Below, piece after piece: positions 51,141 through 64,000 of a stretch of DNA of 64,000 nucleotides (positions are counted from its first letter, which is position 1; each line of letters begins with the position of its first letter). Made by a program: the position numbers and the translations under genes. The notes beneath the pieces were generated by a model. It did no database searches. It was not told the DNA's origin and saw only the letters and a program-made list of their open reading frames with translations. Source of the DNA: Octopus sinensis (lineage: Eukaryota); contig NC_043020.1 in NCBI RefSeq assembly GCF_006345805.1, positions 8,370,001-8,434,000 on the forward strand, written 5' to 3'.

Positions 51141-51495
51141 GTGTGTGTGTGTGGTGTGTGTGTGTGTGTATGTGTGTGTGTGTGTGTTTGTCCCCCTAGC
51201 ATTGCTTGACAACCGATGCTGGTGTGTTTACGTCCCCGTCACTTAGCGGTTTGGCAAAAGAGACCGATAGAATAAGTACTGGGCTTACAAAGAATAAGTC
51301 CCGGGGTCGATTTGCTCGACTAAAGGCGGTGCTCCAGCATGGCCGCAGTCAAATGACTGAAACAAGTAAAAGAGCAAAAGAGTAAAGAGAGGGAGTAGTA
51401 TTATCCTTGAACCAAATCTTGACCCCCATCCACAATAAAAGCCTCGTCATGAAGCAGAAGCAATCAATACCTCAACAGAGCATCTATCCCCACCC

Positions 51496-51532
<37 letters not shown>

Positions 51533-51805
51533 CTTCTCTTCTGATTTTCACTATGTGGGTGATTTTGCCCTCACGGCTCATAACTTTATGATGCGTAAGT
51601 CTTGCTGACATCCCATGAGACTGATGCAGCCAAAGCCAGCCTGTTTCTCATACAAAGAAAACGTGAACACCATAGATGAGAATGAAAGCCACTTTCGAAT
51701 TTGTTTCAACCATGGCGCACAGCTCAAGGAGATCAGGGACTTCGAGTACCTTGGATCTTACGTTGACGACAGTCAGAAATATTTTCCCTGACGCAGAGGA
51801 CAGTC
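50575..51805 (+). pseudogene. Decayed RTE reverse-transcriptase fragments interrupted by a SINE (50907-51389)
   Basis: ALRRILEELRNTRQKASIVFVGFSNTF, GIFQGDPL, SDFHYVGD (degenerate YADD), LKEIRDFEYLGSYV. Confidence 0.72.
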
Positions 51806-51806
51806 C

Positions 51807-51846
<40 letters not shown>

Positions 51847-52323
51847 GTTAGCCACTAACCCAAGCATCTGTCTTATACAATCATACATATATACATACAC
51901 ATACATGCAATCATACATAGATGCCTACGCACACATACATACACACATGCATGCATACAAACGCACATACATACGTAGGTTCATTTACTTCACCCTCACT
52001 AGAGAGACGAGTTTCAGAAAGCGCAACTATATCAAGGGAATATTTTTTAAGCTCACATGCAATAAGTGCAGTACACCTTTCTGGCCTCTTGTTGAAATTA
52101 TCAAGAAGTGCGCGCGCATTCCAACAGCTAAAATTCAGAGGATGTTTATTTGACCACGGTGGCAGGATGACGACTTGGTCCAGCCTGTGATACACTGGAA
52201 CACCTGCCGAGCCAGACCGGTTCACCCTGACGTTCCCAAGCCTTTTTGCCATTTACTGAATCTGTTTGAGACATTTCAGAGTTAGTTGCCAGTGCATTTT
52301 TAGGTTTCTGCCAACCAATTCAT
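51806..52323 (-). repeat. Inverted duplicate of 48400-48950 (RTE fragment plus microsatellites)
   Basis: Shares the same truncation junction, the gcatctatgtatgattgc linker and the (GATA)n, with only a few substitutions. Confidence 0.92.
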
Positions 52324-54064
52324 ACACAAGTTGTACAACATCTAACAGATAAGTATTTCAAATATTTCAAAGCTGACAAAGCCGTCCTTCATTAGATTGT
52401 GTATCTAGAGATCAATCTTCTCTATAAAGCTGAAACCTAATCAAGGAAGGAGGAGGGGATATAAGACCGCCCTGATGATAGACACAGACAGCAGACTTCT
52501 CATCGGGACTCAATACACCTCACCTCGTGAGCATAAGACCAAAGAGGAGATTCGTGGACACGCCCCACCCATCTCTGCTATTATTGCTCAACGCAAGGTA
52601 GGTATTGCTGACCACTGATATCGTGCTGAATACCAGGCCATATAAGATGTTACATTCTGGGGTCATGTGTTGCACCCTAATAAAGGATGAAAACCACTTA
52701 GCCACAAGGGGCTAAACATAGAGGGGACAATATGCTGTGGATACTGATGTAGAAAAATCTTTATTGACCCTCATAAACGTTTTCTATTTCTCTTTTCCCT
52801 TTTTTCTCTCATTGTCTTGGATTCTTATTTCTTTATTGCCCACAAGGGGTTAAACAGAGGGGACAAACAAGGACAGACAAAGGGATTAAGTTGATTACAT
52901 CGACCCCAGTGCATAACTGGTACTTAATTTATTGACTCCGAAAGGATGAAAGGCAAAGTCGACCTCGGCGGAATTTGAACTCAGAACGTACAGGCAGACA
53001 AAATACCAATTTCTTTACTACCCACAAGGGGCTAAACACAGAGAGGACAGACAAACGGATTAAGTCGATTATATCGACCCCAGTGTGTAACTGGTACTTA
53101 TTTAATCGACCCCGAAAGGATGAAAGGCAAAGTCGACCTCGACGGAATTTGAACTCAGAACGTATTGGCAGACGAAATACCGCTAAGCATTTCGCCCGGC
53201 GTGCTAACGTTTCTGCCAGCTCGCCGCCTTCATAATGTTACATAAGGCTACATTGATGTTATTGGTAGAGGGACACACGACATGAAACTGAGGCCCTACC
53301 AAAGTTAATGGGAGACAGAAGGTGTCTATGTCTGCTCGTGACTACACAGGCCTCTAAAACTATCAGCGAAAACATGGTACAACCTACCAAGTTGTATACT
53401 CGCTCGCGAGTGACGGTTAAGCTTTCTTTTGTATATATACATACACACACATACATACATACATACATACATACATACATACATACATACATACATACAT
53501 ACAAAATATCACAAAACTAACAATGACCTGCTAAAAACAGCAGCCAAGTGTTCCTCTAATCCTGGTCTATTTTTCTTAAACAAAAGGAGAATTGACTCTA
53601 ATGTGATTCTTCTTATTGTTATTAGTTCGTCCGAAGGTGGTGAGCTAGCAGAATGGTTAGCACACCGGATAAAACGCTTAGCGGCATTTCGTCCGTCTTT
53701 ACGTTCTGAGTTCAAATTCCGCCGAGCTCGACTTTGACTTTTATCCTTTCGGGATCGATAAATTAAGTACCAGTTAAACACTGGGGTCGATATGATCGAC
53801 TATGCCCCTCCCCACAAATTCCAGGCCTTGTGCCTGTAGTAGAAAGCATTATTAGTTCATCTGAAGGCGGCGAGTTAGCTGAATCGTTAGTACGCCGGAC
53901 AATCTGCTCAGTAGCATTTCGTCCGTCTTTATGTTCTGAGTTCAAAATAAGTCAAGGTGGACTTTACCTTTCAATAAAATAAGTACCAGTTGATCACCGG
54001 GGGTCGACAAACCCTCTTTCCCGGAATTCCTCGCCTTGTGCGCCCAAATTTGAAACTATTTTTA

Positions 54065-54910
54065 GGTTCTTCCGTCGTCGTCGATGATGACCAAGGACAT
54101 CACGTGGGGAAGGGAGATGGGTCACGGTGTGTCCAGTTGTGGTCAATCAGTCTGATGTGCGCTTGGAAGGCTCGGATCTTTTCTAAAAGATGGACAGAAT
54201 TTTCTACTTAACTAAATAATTTGAAACTTCGTATACTGGTAGAATGTGTCAAAAGAAAACATTAATTTCAATTAGTTTTTTTGAGAAAAATATATTTTGT
54301 AACTTTTACGTAGTTTAATTCTTCGAATTTTAACCAATCGTATTCTCTGTTTCGAATTTTAACCAATTGTATTCGAAGAATTGAACTACGTAAAAGTTAC
54401 AAAATACATTTTTCTCAAAAAAACTAATTGAAATTAATGTTTTCTTTTGACACATTCTACCAGTATACGAAGTTTCAAATTATTTAGTTAAGTAGAAAAT
54501 TCTGTCCATCTTTTAGAAGAGATCCGAAGGCTCTGCCGCAGGTCGGACACAGGTGGCCTCCTGGAGATGAAGGCAAAGAAAATGGCGTTGGACTCGCGTA
54601 GACCACGTTTTTTTTGTGCTCCTGCAATCGTGTTCGTAAGCAGACGACAACTCTGTTGGCGCATCTTCGTCAGGCCGAAAGAGAGGTCTTGTGCTTGTGT
54701 TTCTCGGGTTTCGAGGTTCGTTTCAAAGCTCTTAGGCGAGGCTTTGAGTGTGGTGTGTCCTTGAAGAGCTTTTTTCGATCCGCTGCGTCTGACAAGGCAA
54801 ACATGGCGGATTGTCGGAGCTGGAGTATATATTTTTTTTTTATCAGAGATCTGCTTGATCAAAGCTGACTCGGAGCTAAACACCACCACCACCGCCGCGC
54901 TACCACGATC
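54065..54910 (-). pseudogene. RTE LINE 3' end with zinc finger and 3' UTR, split by a MITE
   Basis: Joining 54532 to 54166 gives HLCPTCGRAFQAHIRLIDHNWTH, followed by TGATGTCCTTGGTCATCATCGACGACGACGG. Upstream TTLKASPKSFETNLET resembles the RTE C-terminus. Confidence 0.8.
54173..54526. mobile_element. Fold-back MITE (354 bp) with 6-bp TSD AAGGCT
   Basis: Arms of ~155 bp starting CGGATCTTTTCTAAAAGATGG, nearly perfectly inverted. AAGGCT at 54167-54172 and 54527-54532. Confidence 0.88.
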
Positions 54911-55010
54911 NNNNNNNNNNNNNNNNNNNNNNNNNNNNNNNNNNNNNNNNNNNNNNNNNNNNNNNNNNNNNNNNNNNNNNNNNNNNNNNNNNNNNNNNNN
55001 NNNNNNNNNN
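54911..55010. other. Assembly gap (100 N)
   Basis: Run of N. Confidence 1.
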
Positions 55011-55711
55011 TAGATAGATAGATAGATAAAATAGATAGATAGGCACACAGACAGACAGATAGATATTCACGCTAGTCCTGTTGTTCTGAATGCTAGGAGT
55101 ATCAAATAAAAACAAATTAGAAATAATTAATTAACGCGGAAAGGAAAATTCAATATTAATTAATGACTAACATTTTAATCATTCAGACAAATACTGGAGT
55201 CTGTTATAGTTTTGTCAATACACACACACACACATACATGTATGTATGTAAATATGTGTTTGTATATATATATATGTATTTATATATATATATATATAGG
55301 CGCAGGAGTGGCTGTGTGGCAAGTAGCTTGTTTACCAACCACATGGTTCCGGATTCAGTCCCACTGCGTGGCACCTTGGGCAAGTGTCTTCTACTATAGC
55401 TTCGGGCCGACCAAACTGAAAGAAGCCCGTCGTATATATGTATATATATATATATGTATGTATGTGTATGTGTGTTTGTGTGTCTGTGTTTGTCACCCTA
55501 GCGTTGCTTGACAACCGATGCTGGTGTGTTTATGTCCCCGTCACTTAGCAGTTCGGCAAAAGAGAATGATACAATAAGTACTGGGCTTACAAAGAATAAG
55601 TCCCGGGGACGATTTGCTCGACTAAAGGCGGTGCTCCAGCATGGCCGCAGTCAAATGACTGAAACAAGTAAAAGAGTAAAAGAGTAAAGAGTATATATAT
55701 AATGTGTGTGT

Positions 55712-55753
<42 letters not shown>

Positions 55754-56224
55754 TGTGTATAATATATATAAATCCAAATTGAAGAAATGGCTGGGGTAAA
55801 ATCCAGGCTAAATATGTTTCCTAGCCAGTAGAACCTCGAAAGTAATAATTACTCAATGAATAATTAAGCATCAGGCCAAAGAGACCTTAGTTAAATGAAG
55901 GTTTGGAATCCTATGCAGCTGTAGACGCCCTACCTCCTGTCCCTTAGATAATAGATGCCTCACAAGAAATATTATCTATAAATGTATGGTAGGAAGATAC
56001 CTTCTTTGTATATATCGGTTCGTCCAGCATCACCATCAAGGTCAGAGTTGGTAACCATTATTCTAGCTTTGAATGTCAGCACTTCTTTATCTAGGCTCAC
56101 AGTTCTATACAATTTAAAATGGTCCATCGTTATCCATGCCAAACTGTATAACGGTTATAAAAACAAATATGATCTCTGTGTACAGGAGTATTATCTATCA
56201 TCATCATCATTGTTTGACCGTGGT

Positions 56225-56335
56225 CGAGACAATGGAATTTACCATGCTACGCCAGACATCACGGTCCATCATAGCATTACGGAGGTCCTGTTGCTGGATG
56301 CCTGTATCCCTGGAGATTACATCAGGGTAGGAGAG
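56225..56335 (+). pseudogene. Possible restriction-like endonuclease fragment of an R4/NeSL-type non-LTR element
   Basis: HATPDITVHHSITEVLLLDACIPGD resembles the recalled RPDIV...LIDV.IP.D motif. Confidence 0.45.
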
Positions 56336-56362
56336 TGTGCGCCCTCTGGTATCACGAGTAGA

Positions 56363-56539
56363 TGGCATAAGATCTGGTCATCAAATCTAAGTAGAGACTT
56401 CAAACTTGAAATCTTCAAAGCCACAGTCGAACCAATTCTACTATATGGCTCAGAAACCTGGACGTTATCAAAGAAGCTTGAGAGGCGGTTGGATGGAACC
56501 TACACTCGCCTAATGAGAGCTCAAAATCTCTCGTGGAAA
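56363..56539 (+). pseudogene. RTE LINE ORF2 post-RT fragment
   Basis: WHKIWSSNLSRDFKLEIFKATVEPILLYGSETWTLSKKLERRLDGTYTRLMRAQNLSWK. Confidence 0.85.
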
Positions 56540-56559
56540 GTCTTTTTCGTTTCTTCCTA

Positions 56560-56658
56560 CATGTCTATATATATAACATACATATTCATATACATATATA
56601 TAAATATACATATATATATATACATATATATACATATATACATATTACATTATATAAC

Positions 56659-56702
<44 letters not shown>

Positions 56703-57469
56703 ATATAATATATATATATATATATATATTTACATATATATAATACATATATATATATATATATAGATATAACATACATATTATATACATATATATAAAT
56801 ATACATATATATATACTATATATATATACATATATACATATATATATATATATACATATATATTTACATATATATATATACATATATATTTACATTATAT
56901 ATATAATATATATATATACTATAATATATATATATATATATAATATACACAATATAATACATATACATACATACATATATATATATACATATATAATAAT
57001 AATATTAGGGAGTAAATCCAAATTTACAGGGAAAAATTAGATCTAAGATTATATCAAATTTCACAGTGTATTAGACATAAAATCACTATTAGGCAAATCA
57101 AACGGTGAAAAACATAAGCCAATACATAAAAATAAATATGATTAATATAATATACAAAATATATAAGATACAAAATTTAAAATATTTGAATTTAAAATTT
57201 TTAATTTATATTTATAAATTTTAATCTTTTTTTAATCTTTTTATATTTTTTAAAAATTTTATATTTATATATTTTTAAACTTTTGAACTTTTAACTTTTT
57301 TTTTAATTAAATATATAAAAAAATATTAAAAAGTTTATTATAAGATAATAAGTAAAATATATAAAAAATTATAAATATAAATTAAAAATTTTAAATTTAA
57401 ATAATTTAAATTTTATATTTTATATATTTTGATTTGCCTAATAATGGTTTTTTCTCTAATATAATTTAT

Positions 57470-57513
<44 letters not shown>

Positions 57514-57607
57514 TGTTTTTTTGATAACAATTATATATATATATATATACATCATACATATATATATAACATATATACATACATACATATAAATACATAC
57601 ATATATA

Positions 57608-57673
<66 letters not shown>

Positions 57674-57730
57674 CATACATATATATATTCATATAATATA
57701 ATAAATATATATATGAATATAATATATATA

Positions 57731-57785
<55 letters not shown>

Positions 57786-57941
57786 AGATCATCTTTGCAA
57801 TTTCTAAGCTAAGAGCATTAGATTCCTTGGAAAAAAGCAGCGAATGTATACAAAAACAAGGATGGCAAAAAACGGACAATGTTAATATATATATATACCA
57901 CAACACACACAACACACACACACACACACATACACACACAT

Positions 57942-57973
<32 letters not shown>

Positions 57974-58070
57974 TATATATATATATATATGATAATAATG
58001 ATAATAATAATATAATAATGATAATAATAATAATATAATAATAATAATAATATAATATATATACATGTCT
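56560..58070. repeat. (TA)n-rich and AT-rich low-complexity tract
   Basis: Seen directly. Confidence 0.9.
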
Positions 58071-58132
58071 GTGTGTGTGTGTGTTGGCGATTATTTCTTC
58101 CTCCGTCTTCCTTTTCTATTGGACTTTCCTCT

Positions 58133-58167
58133 GTTTCTGAACAAGAGCCTTGCTCGAAACGTTAAAC
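58133..58167 (+). ncRNA. Degenerate minimal hammerhead (extra-A type), same family as 39476
   Basis: GUUU CUGAACA A GAGC CUU GCUC GAAA CGU U AAAC. G8 is mutated to C. Flanks match 39420-39540. Confidence 0.5.
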
Positions 58168-59297
58168 CTTCTTCTTTCCTTTCCTGAGCGTCAAGCTAAT
58201 ACTTTACATGTAACAGGTCTTTGCATTGTTGTTTTTTTTTGTGTTCTTCGTTTTGGGGGATTGCTGTGTGGCAAGAAGCTTGGTTTCCAACCACATGGTT
58301 CCGGGTTCAGTCCTAATGTGTGACACCTTGGGCAAGTGTCTTCTTCTATAGCCTCGGACCGACTAAAGCCTTGTGAGTGGATTTGGAAGACGTAAACTGA
58401 AAGAAGCTTGTTGTATATATGCATAATTGTGTGTGTGTGTGTGTATGCTTGTCCCCCACGATCGCTTGACAACCGATGTTGGTGCGTTTACGCTCCTGCA
58501 AAATAGCGGTTCGGCAAAAGAGACCGATGGAATAAGTACTGGGCTTACAAAGAATCATTCCTGGTGTCGATTTGTTCGACTAAAGGCGGTGCTTCGGCAC
58601 GGCCAGTCAAATGACTGAAACAAAAGAAAATATATTATATATATATATATATATATAAGGCGCAGGTGTGGCTGTGTGGTAAGTAGCTTGCTTACCAACC
58701 ACATGGTTCCGGGTTCAATCCCATTGCGTGGCACATTGGGCAAGTGTCTTCAACTATAGCCTCGGGTCGACCAAAGCTTTGTGAGTGCATTTGGTAGACG
58801 GAAACTGAAAGAAGCCCGTCGTATGTATGTATGTATGTATGTATGATGTATGTATGTATGTATGTGTGTGTATATGTTTGTGTGTCTGTGTTTGTCCCCC
58901 CAACATTGCTTGACAACCGATGCTGGTGTGTTTACATCCCTGTAACATAGCGGTTCGGCAGAACATACCGATAGAATAAGTACTAGGCTTACAAAGAATA
59001 AGTCCTGGGGTCGATTTGCTCGACTAAAGGCGGTGCTCCAGCATGGCCACAGTCAAATGACTGAAACAAGTAAAAAAACATATATATATAGATATAGATA
59101 GAGAGAGAGGGGGGAGGGAGGGAGCAATAAAAAGGAAGAGTAAGAGTGAGAGAAAGTAGAGAGAGAGAGAAGGGAGGAGGGATATGATGATTATTAGGGA
59201 GAGATTGTACGGTATGGTCCCTGTGTATGCGTATGCGAGTGCGTGTTGGTTAAGTAACGAGCCATACATATACAAATACACACACGTATATATATAT

Positions 59298-59790
59298 ACT
59301 AGCAGTATCGCCCGGCGTTGCTCGGGTTTGTAAGGGAAATAACTATATAAGCATTTTTAGAGAGTTACTTCCTTTATAGATGCCAATTCGGGCTTTCTTA
59401 GCCATTTCTGTTTTGGTGTCTTCAAGCCATGAAGTCGTTGTTCTAAAAGAACGCTGGTCTCCTTGACAACGCTTTACGACGTTGATTTCCTTACACTCCC
59501 TTCCCCACAGCTTCACGAGGGAGAAGCAAACACAGGTGCAGGTGTTTGAGCGTGGACGCCAACTCCGCCGCCATCAACACACGAAAAATTATGCATTAAA
59601 ATGGAATAAAAAAATGATGTTAAATTATTTTTTAAATCGTAGACTCATCGTAGACGCGCGCTAATAGCCAGACGGGCTCGATATTAATCACGACTATAAG
59701 ATACCCGAATTTGGTTAAACTGCACCGCAAAATGTGGGAGTAGTTAGGAATCTAAATCGAAGGGGACAGACACTCACACAACTACAGTTT
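59298..59790 (+). mobile_element. Helitron/Helentron-like non-autonomous element in a (TA)n site
   Basis: Begins ACTAGCAGTATCGCCCGGCGTTGCTCGGG (ACTAG plus GC hairpin) and ends acagacactcacacaactacagtttt before (TA)n. Confidence 0.55.
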
Positions 59791-59806
59791 TATATATATA
59801 TATATA

Positions 59807-59958
59807 CTTTATTTAAAGCAGCAGAAAATTCAACAAAATCTGTTACTCTGAGTTTCTCGTTGCCGTTCATCAGACAGTTTTCAAAAACTGTCTGATGAAC
59901 GGCAACGAGAAACTCAGAGTAACAGATTTTGTTGAATTTTCTGCTGCTTTAAATAAAG
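59807..59958. repeat. Perfect palindrome with 75-bp arms and a 2-nt loop, each arm carrying a hammerhead motif
   Basis: 59807-59881 is the exact reverse complement of 59884-59958. Confidence 0.96.
59884..59930 (+). ncRNA. Minimal type I hammerhead motif (mirror copy at 59835-59881 on -)
   Basis: AAAACUGU CUGAUGA ACG GCAA CGA GAAA CUC A GAG UA^ ACAGAUUUU. The core is intact; stem II closes with an A.A mismatch. Confidence 0.72.
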
Positions 59959-60030
59959 CATATTACTCTACCACTGGTATTTGAGTACTCTTTTTTTCCA
60001 CCTTGTTTCACATTTATGTGTTTACTCCGG

Positions 60031-60065
<35 letters not shown>

Positions 60066-60714
60066 TTATAGGTATGTATGTATGTATATCGTATGTATAT
60101 ATACAGCCTAGCTGTCACAACAAATCACTGAGTGTATGTGTGTGTGTGTGTGTGTGTTTGAAAGTGTGTGCGTTTTTGGTAAAGAGAGGAATGATAAAAT
60201 GTTGTGGGGGTAGGTTTTATACAGAAGATAAGGGTAGAAGGAAGAGAGAAATGAAAGAAGGGGGAATATCCGCACGCACACACATACATGTACACGTACG
60301 CAAGCACACACACACACACACAGACTTATACATACTGTGTATGTTATACGTATAGTTACAGCATAGCGACCCCTTCCACTTCTCTCGATCGCATGCGACA
60401 CCAGAGAGCGGAGTGAGAGTGAGAGGAAGGGCAAGCATAACATAAGATAGAGGGAGGGGAACACACACACACACACACACACACACAAATACGATCGCAA
60501 ATATACCCACACTCACATAACTAGTTACATTGACACACATGCAGTTATTCGTAGAAAGGGAAAGAAAGCAAAGAGAGAGAGAGACAGAGAGGGTGTTAAC
60601 AAAGAAAAAGAGAAAACAGAGATATAGAGAAAGAGGAAAGACAAAGAGAAAGAGAAAGAGAAAGAGAGAAAGCTAATAGTTTTTTTACACTGAATAAAGA
60701 GAGAGAGAGGGAGG

Positions 60715-60935
60715 ATGAAGAGAGAAATAGAGAGGGAGGGAGAAGAGACATAAAGCGGGTAGGAGAAGAGAGAAATAGAGAGGGAGGGAGAAGAGAGACA
60801 TAAAGAGGGTAGGAGAAGAGAGAAATAGAGAGGGAGGGAGGGAGAAGAGAGACATAAAGAGGGTAGGAGAAGAGAGAAATAGAGAGGGAGGGAGAAGAGA
60901 GACATAAAGAGGGTAGGAGAAAAGAGAAATAAAGA
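60715..60935. repeat. ~50-bp GA-rich minisatellite, ~4 units
   Basis: gagacataaagagggtaggagaagagagaaatagagagggag repeated. Confidence 0.85.
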
Positions 60936-61359
60936 GGGAAGGAGTGTGATATGACACTCACACACACACATATACACAAACGCGCGCACGTATACACACA
61001 CACACACACATGCGCACACATGCATGTCACACAAAAGTCAGGCAGAGCTGAAGAGAGTAAAAGAGGGGAAGGGGGAGTAATATAGCGAGAAGGAGTAGGA
61101 GTGGAAGGGGGAGGTGATGGTGATGGTTAAAGGGAAAGAGTAAGACTTACATGCACACAACCGTACACATAGAAACACACACTCAGCAATAAACACGAAC
61201 ACATACATAAATATACACACATACACACAGGCACATTACAATACATAGATATACACGCATACAGTAAGGCGAACACACACAGACACAAACATAAACAGAC
61301 AGCAATACATAGAACCACACACACACGCACACACAAAGATGCACATACACATACAGGCA

Positions 61360-61685
61360 CACGCACGTACACACACACATACTAATGCACAGACACACGC
61401 ACGTACACACACACATACTAATGCACAGACATACACATACAGACACACGCACGTACACACACATACTAATGCACAGACATACACATACAGACACACGCAC
61501 GTATACACACACATACTAATGCACAGACATACACATACAGACACACGCACGTACACACACACATACTAATGCACACACATACACATACAGACACACGCAC
61601 GTACACACACACATACTAATGCACAGACATACACATACAGACACACGCACGTACACACACCTATACTAATGTACAGACATACACA
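61360..61685. repeat. ~48-bp minisatellite, ~6 units
   Basis: gcacgtacacacacatactaatgcacagacatacacatacagacacac repeated. Confidence 0.9.
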
Positions 61686-62219
61686 GATTCATAACTATAC
61701 ATAGACACACAGAGATACACAAACATACACTATACAGAAGCACAGGCACACACACACACCTCGCATACATGCATACATACACAGCAACAGACACTCACAC
61801 ACACACAGATCTACAGTAAGGTTCACTCAGCTTTTGCTGTGTCAGTCAACATGAAAGCCAGAGATAGAGAATGACAGAATGGAAGAATAAAAAACGAGGG
61901 AGGGGAGAATGGAGGTGAGAACATGAAAGAGAGGGGGACAAAAGGGAGATAGTCAGAGAGGAAGAAAACAAAAAAAGGAAAGAGGGGGAGGGAGAAAGAC
62001 AGACAGACAGTGGGGGAAATAGACGGAATGAGGGAGAGAGAGAAAGACTGAGAGATAAACACAGAGAGAGAAAGAGAGATTGAGATAGACAAAGAATGGA
62101 AGATAGACAGATAAAGTGAGAAATAGATAGGATGAGAGAGAGAGAGAGGGGAGGGAGAGACATACAGACAGAAAGGGTGAGAGGTAGACAGAGAAGGAAG
62201 GAGATATACCAATGGAAGT

Positions 62220-62700
62220 GAGAATTAGAAATAGACAGAGAGAGAGAGAGAGAGAGACAGACGGAATGAGAAATAGACAGACACAGAGAGAGAGAAATAG
62301 ACAGACAGAGAGAGAGAGAGAAATAGACAGACAGAGAGAGAGAGAGAAATAGACAGACAGAGAGAGAGAGAGAGAAATAGACAGAGAGAGAGAGAGAGAA
62401 TAGACAGAGAGAGAGAGAGAGATAGACAGAGGAGAGAGAGAGAGAAATAGACAGACGGAATGAGAAATAGACAGAGAGAGAGAGAGAATAGACAGAGAGA
62501 GAGAGAAATAGACAGACACAGAGAGAGAGAGAGAGAGAGAGAGAAATAGATAGAAGAGAGAGAGAGAGAAATAGACAGACGGAGTGAGAAATAGACAGAG
62601 AGAGAGAGAGAGAAATAGACAGACGGAGTGAGAAATAGACAGAGAGAGAGAAATAGATAGATAGAGAGAGAGAGAGAGAATAGACAGACGGAGTGAGAGA
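62220..62700. repeat. GA-rich compound repeat (aaatagacagagagag)n
   Basis: Seen directly. Confidence 0.9.
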
Positions 62701-64000
62701 GGGACTGTGTGAGTGGCGAAGACTAATGAGAGGGGAACATTGTATATGTGTGTGTGATGCAGAGACACATAGGAGCGCCTAAACACATACACACACACAC
62801 ACGCGCATCTAGAGACAGACAGACTGACAGAGAGTCAGAGAGTCAGGCAGAGCTATTGGTGTTTCCAGTCGAAAAGAAGCGACGGAGTTGGCCAGAAGTA
62901 ACGACGAAAAACTGGCGTGAACGTGACGAGACTGTGGGAAGCAATTTATTACACACGCACATATATATATGCATAACACATACATAGATGTATATATATA
63001 TATATTGTTATACATCTTGATATAAAATCCCACATGCAAACAAAATATCCCTACGTATAACATACCATATAAATATATATGTATATGAATGCTGTATATC
63101 GTTGTAATTAAGAAATATATATACAAGCAATTAATTAATTAAACAAATGTTGGTGGAATCATAACAACTACAACAATAATAATTAAACCATATAGACAAA
63201 CAGATCGAAATCACTTGCCTTTTCATTCCAGATCGGATCCAACGAAGGTTGGCTTTAAAAAGACCTCATAAAAGAAAAAAAAAGTCTACAAAACAAGGGA
63301 TACCCTTCTTATTTTGTCCACACATAACATACAGAAACACATACTAGGTACTTCAAGTACCCACATACTATATATAAGATGTATATATCTATATATACAC
63401 GCGTGTGAACACACACACCACATAAATATATGTGTATATAAATTTCTACTTTATATTTGGATGCTTCGTATTCTTGGATTGTTTTAATACTTACCAGAAT
63501 GATTAGATGGATGGACAACAGAAATGTGACGACGGTTTGGTGGTGTTATTATTCCGATGCTAATATTTCTAGACGAATGACTTGAGTAAGATATATCTAT
63601 ATATTTATATATATATATATTTATATCTGTATTTTTGTTGGTGTCTTTCTTTTAATCGCTGTACACAATAATTATTAATAATTTAACAACAAACAAACAC
63701 AAACGAAAATACATTTGTATATATTTTCATCTTAAAATCTTTTTTATTTGCTTAGATTGTGAAAGGGGGAAGAGAGAAAAAAACCTTCATTTAAAACCTT
63801 CCTCAGTCAACTTGGCGCTTACTTAGTAGATAAGAGGCCTTTACACACCACACAGACAGAGGAACATATATATATATTTATACATATACACACACAAGCA
63901 CATGCAGGCAGAAAACATACACACTGACAATTTCATACACACACACACGTATATATACACCACCCGCATGTGCACGTTTTCACACTTTCACACATGGTAG

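Noticed and set aside
55982-56698. 238-aa ORF
   Set aside because: It is a chance in-frame join of unrelated retroelement fragments and a (TA)n tract, not a gene.

Overview
This is eukaryotic, repeat- and microsatellite-rich DNA. The SINE families and (TA)n/(CA)n tracts match what I recognise from Octopus; this species call is an inference. The only protein-coding gene I can support is the 3' end of FANCD2 on the + strand: nine GT-AG exons from 1260 to the stop codon at 23728, splicing into one open frame similar to the human FANCD2 C-terminus. Most of the rest is mobile DNA: tRNA-derived SINEs, RTE LINE relics, a DD36E Tc1-type relic with intact TIRs, a mariner fragment, several MITEs, a Penelope GIY-YIG relic and a Helitron-like element. 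There is a 100-N gap at 54911-55010. Three observations stand out. (1) A ~474-bp tandem array at 40.6-42.2 kb carries one complete minimal type I hammerhead ribozyme per unit, a retrozyme/Penelope pseudo-LTR architecture. Two further hammerhead families lie elsewhere, one of them in a perfect 75-bp palindrome. (2) The 39-nt FANCD2 exon is tandemly duplicated five times with splice sites kept and 69-nt spacers, giving candidate mutually exclusive exons or microexons. (3) Several long inverted repeats lie in or near FANCD2 and could form dsRNA. Protein and family assignments come from recalled motifs; no database searches were run.
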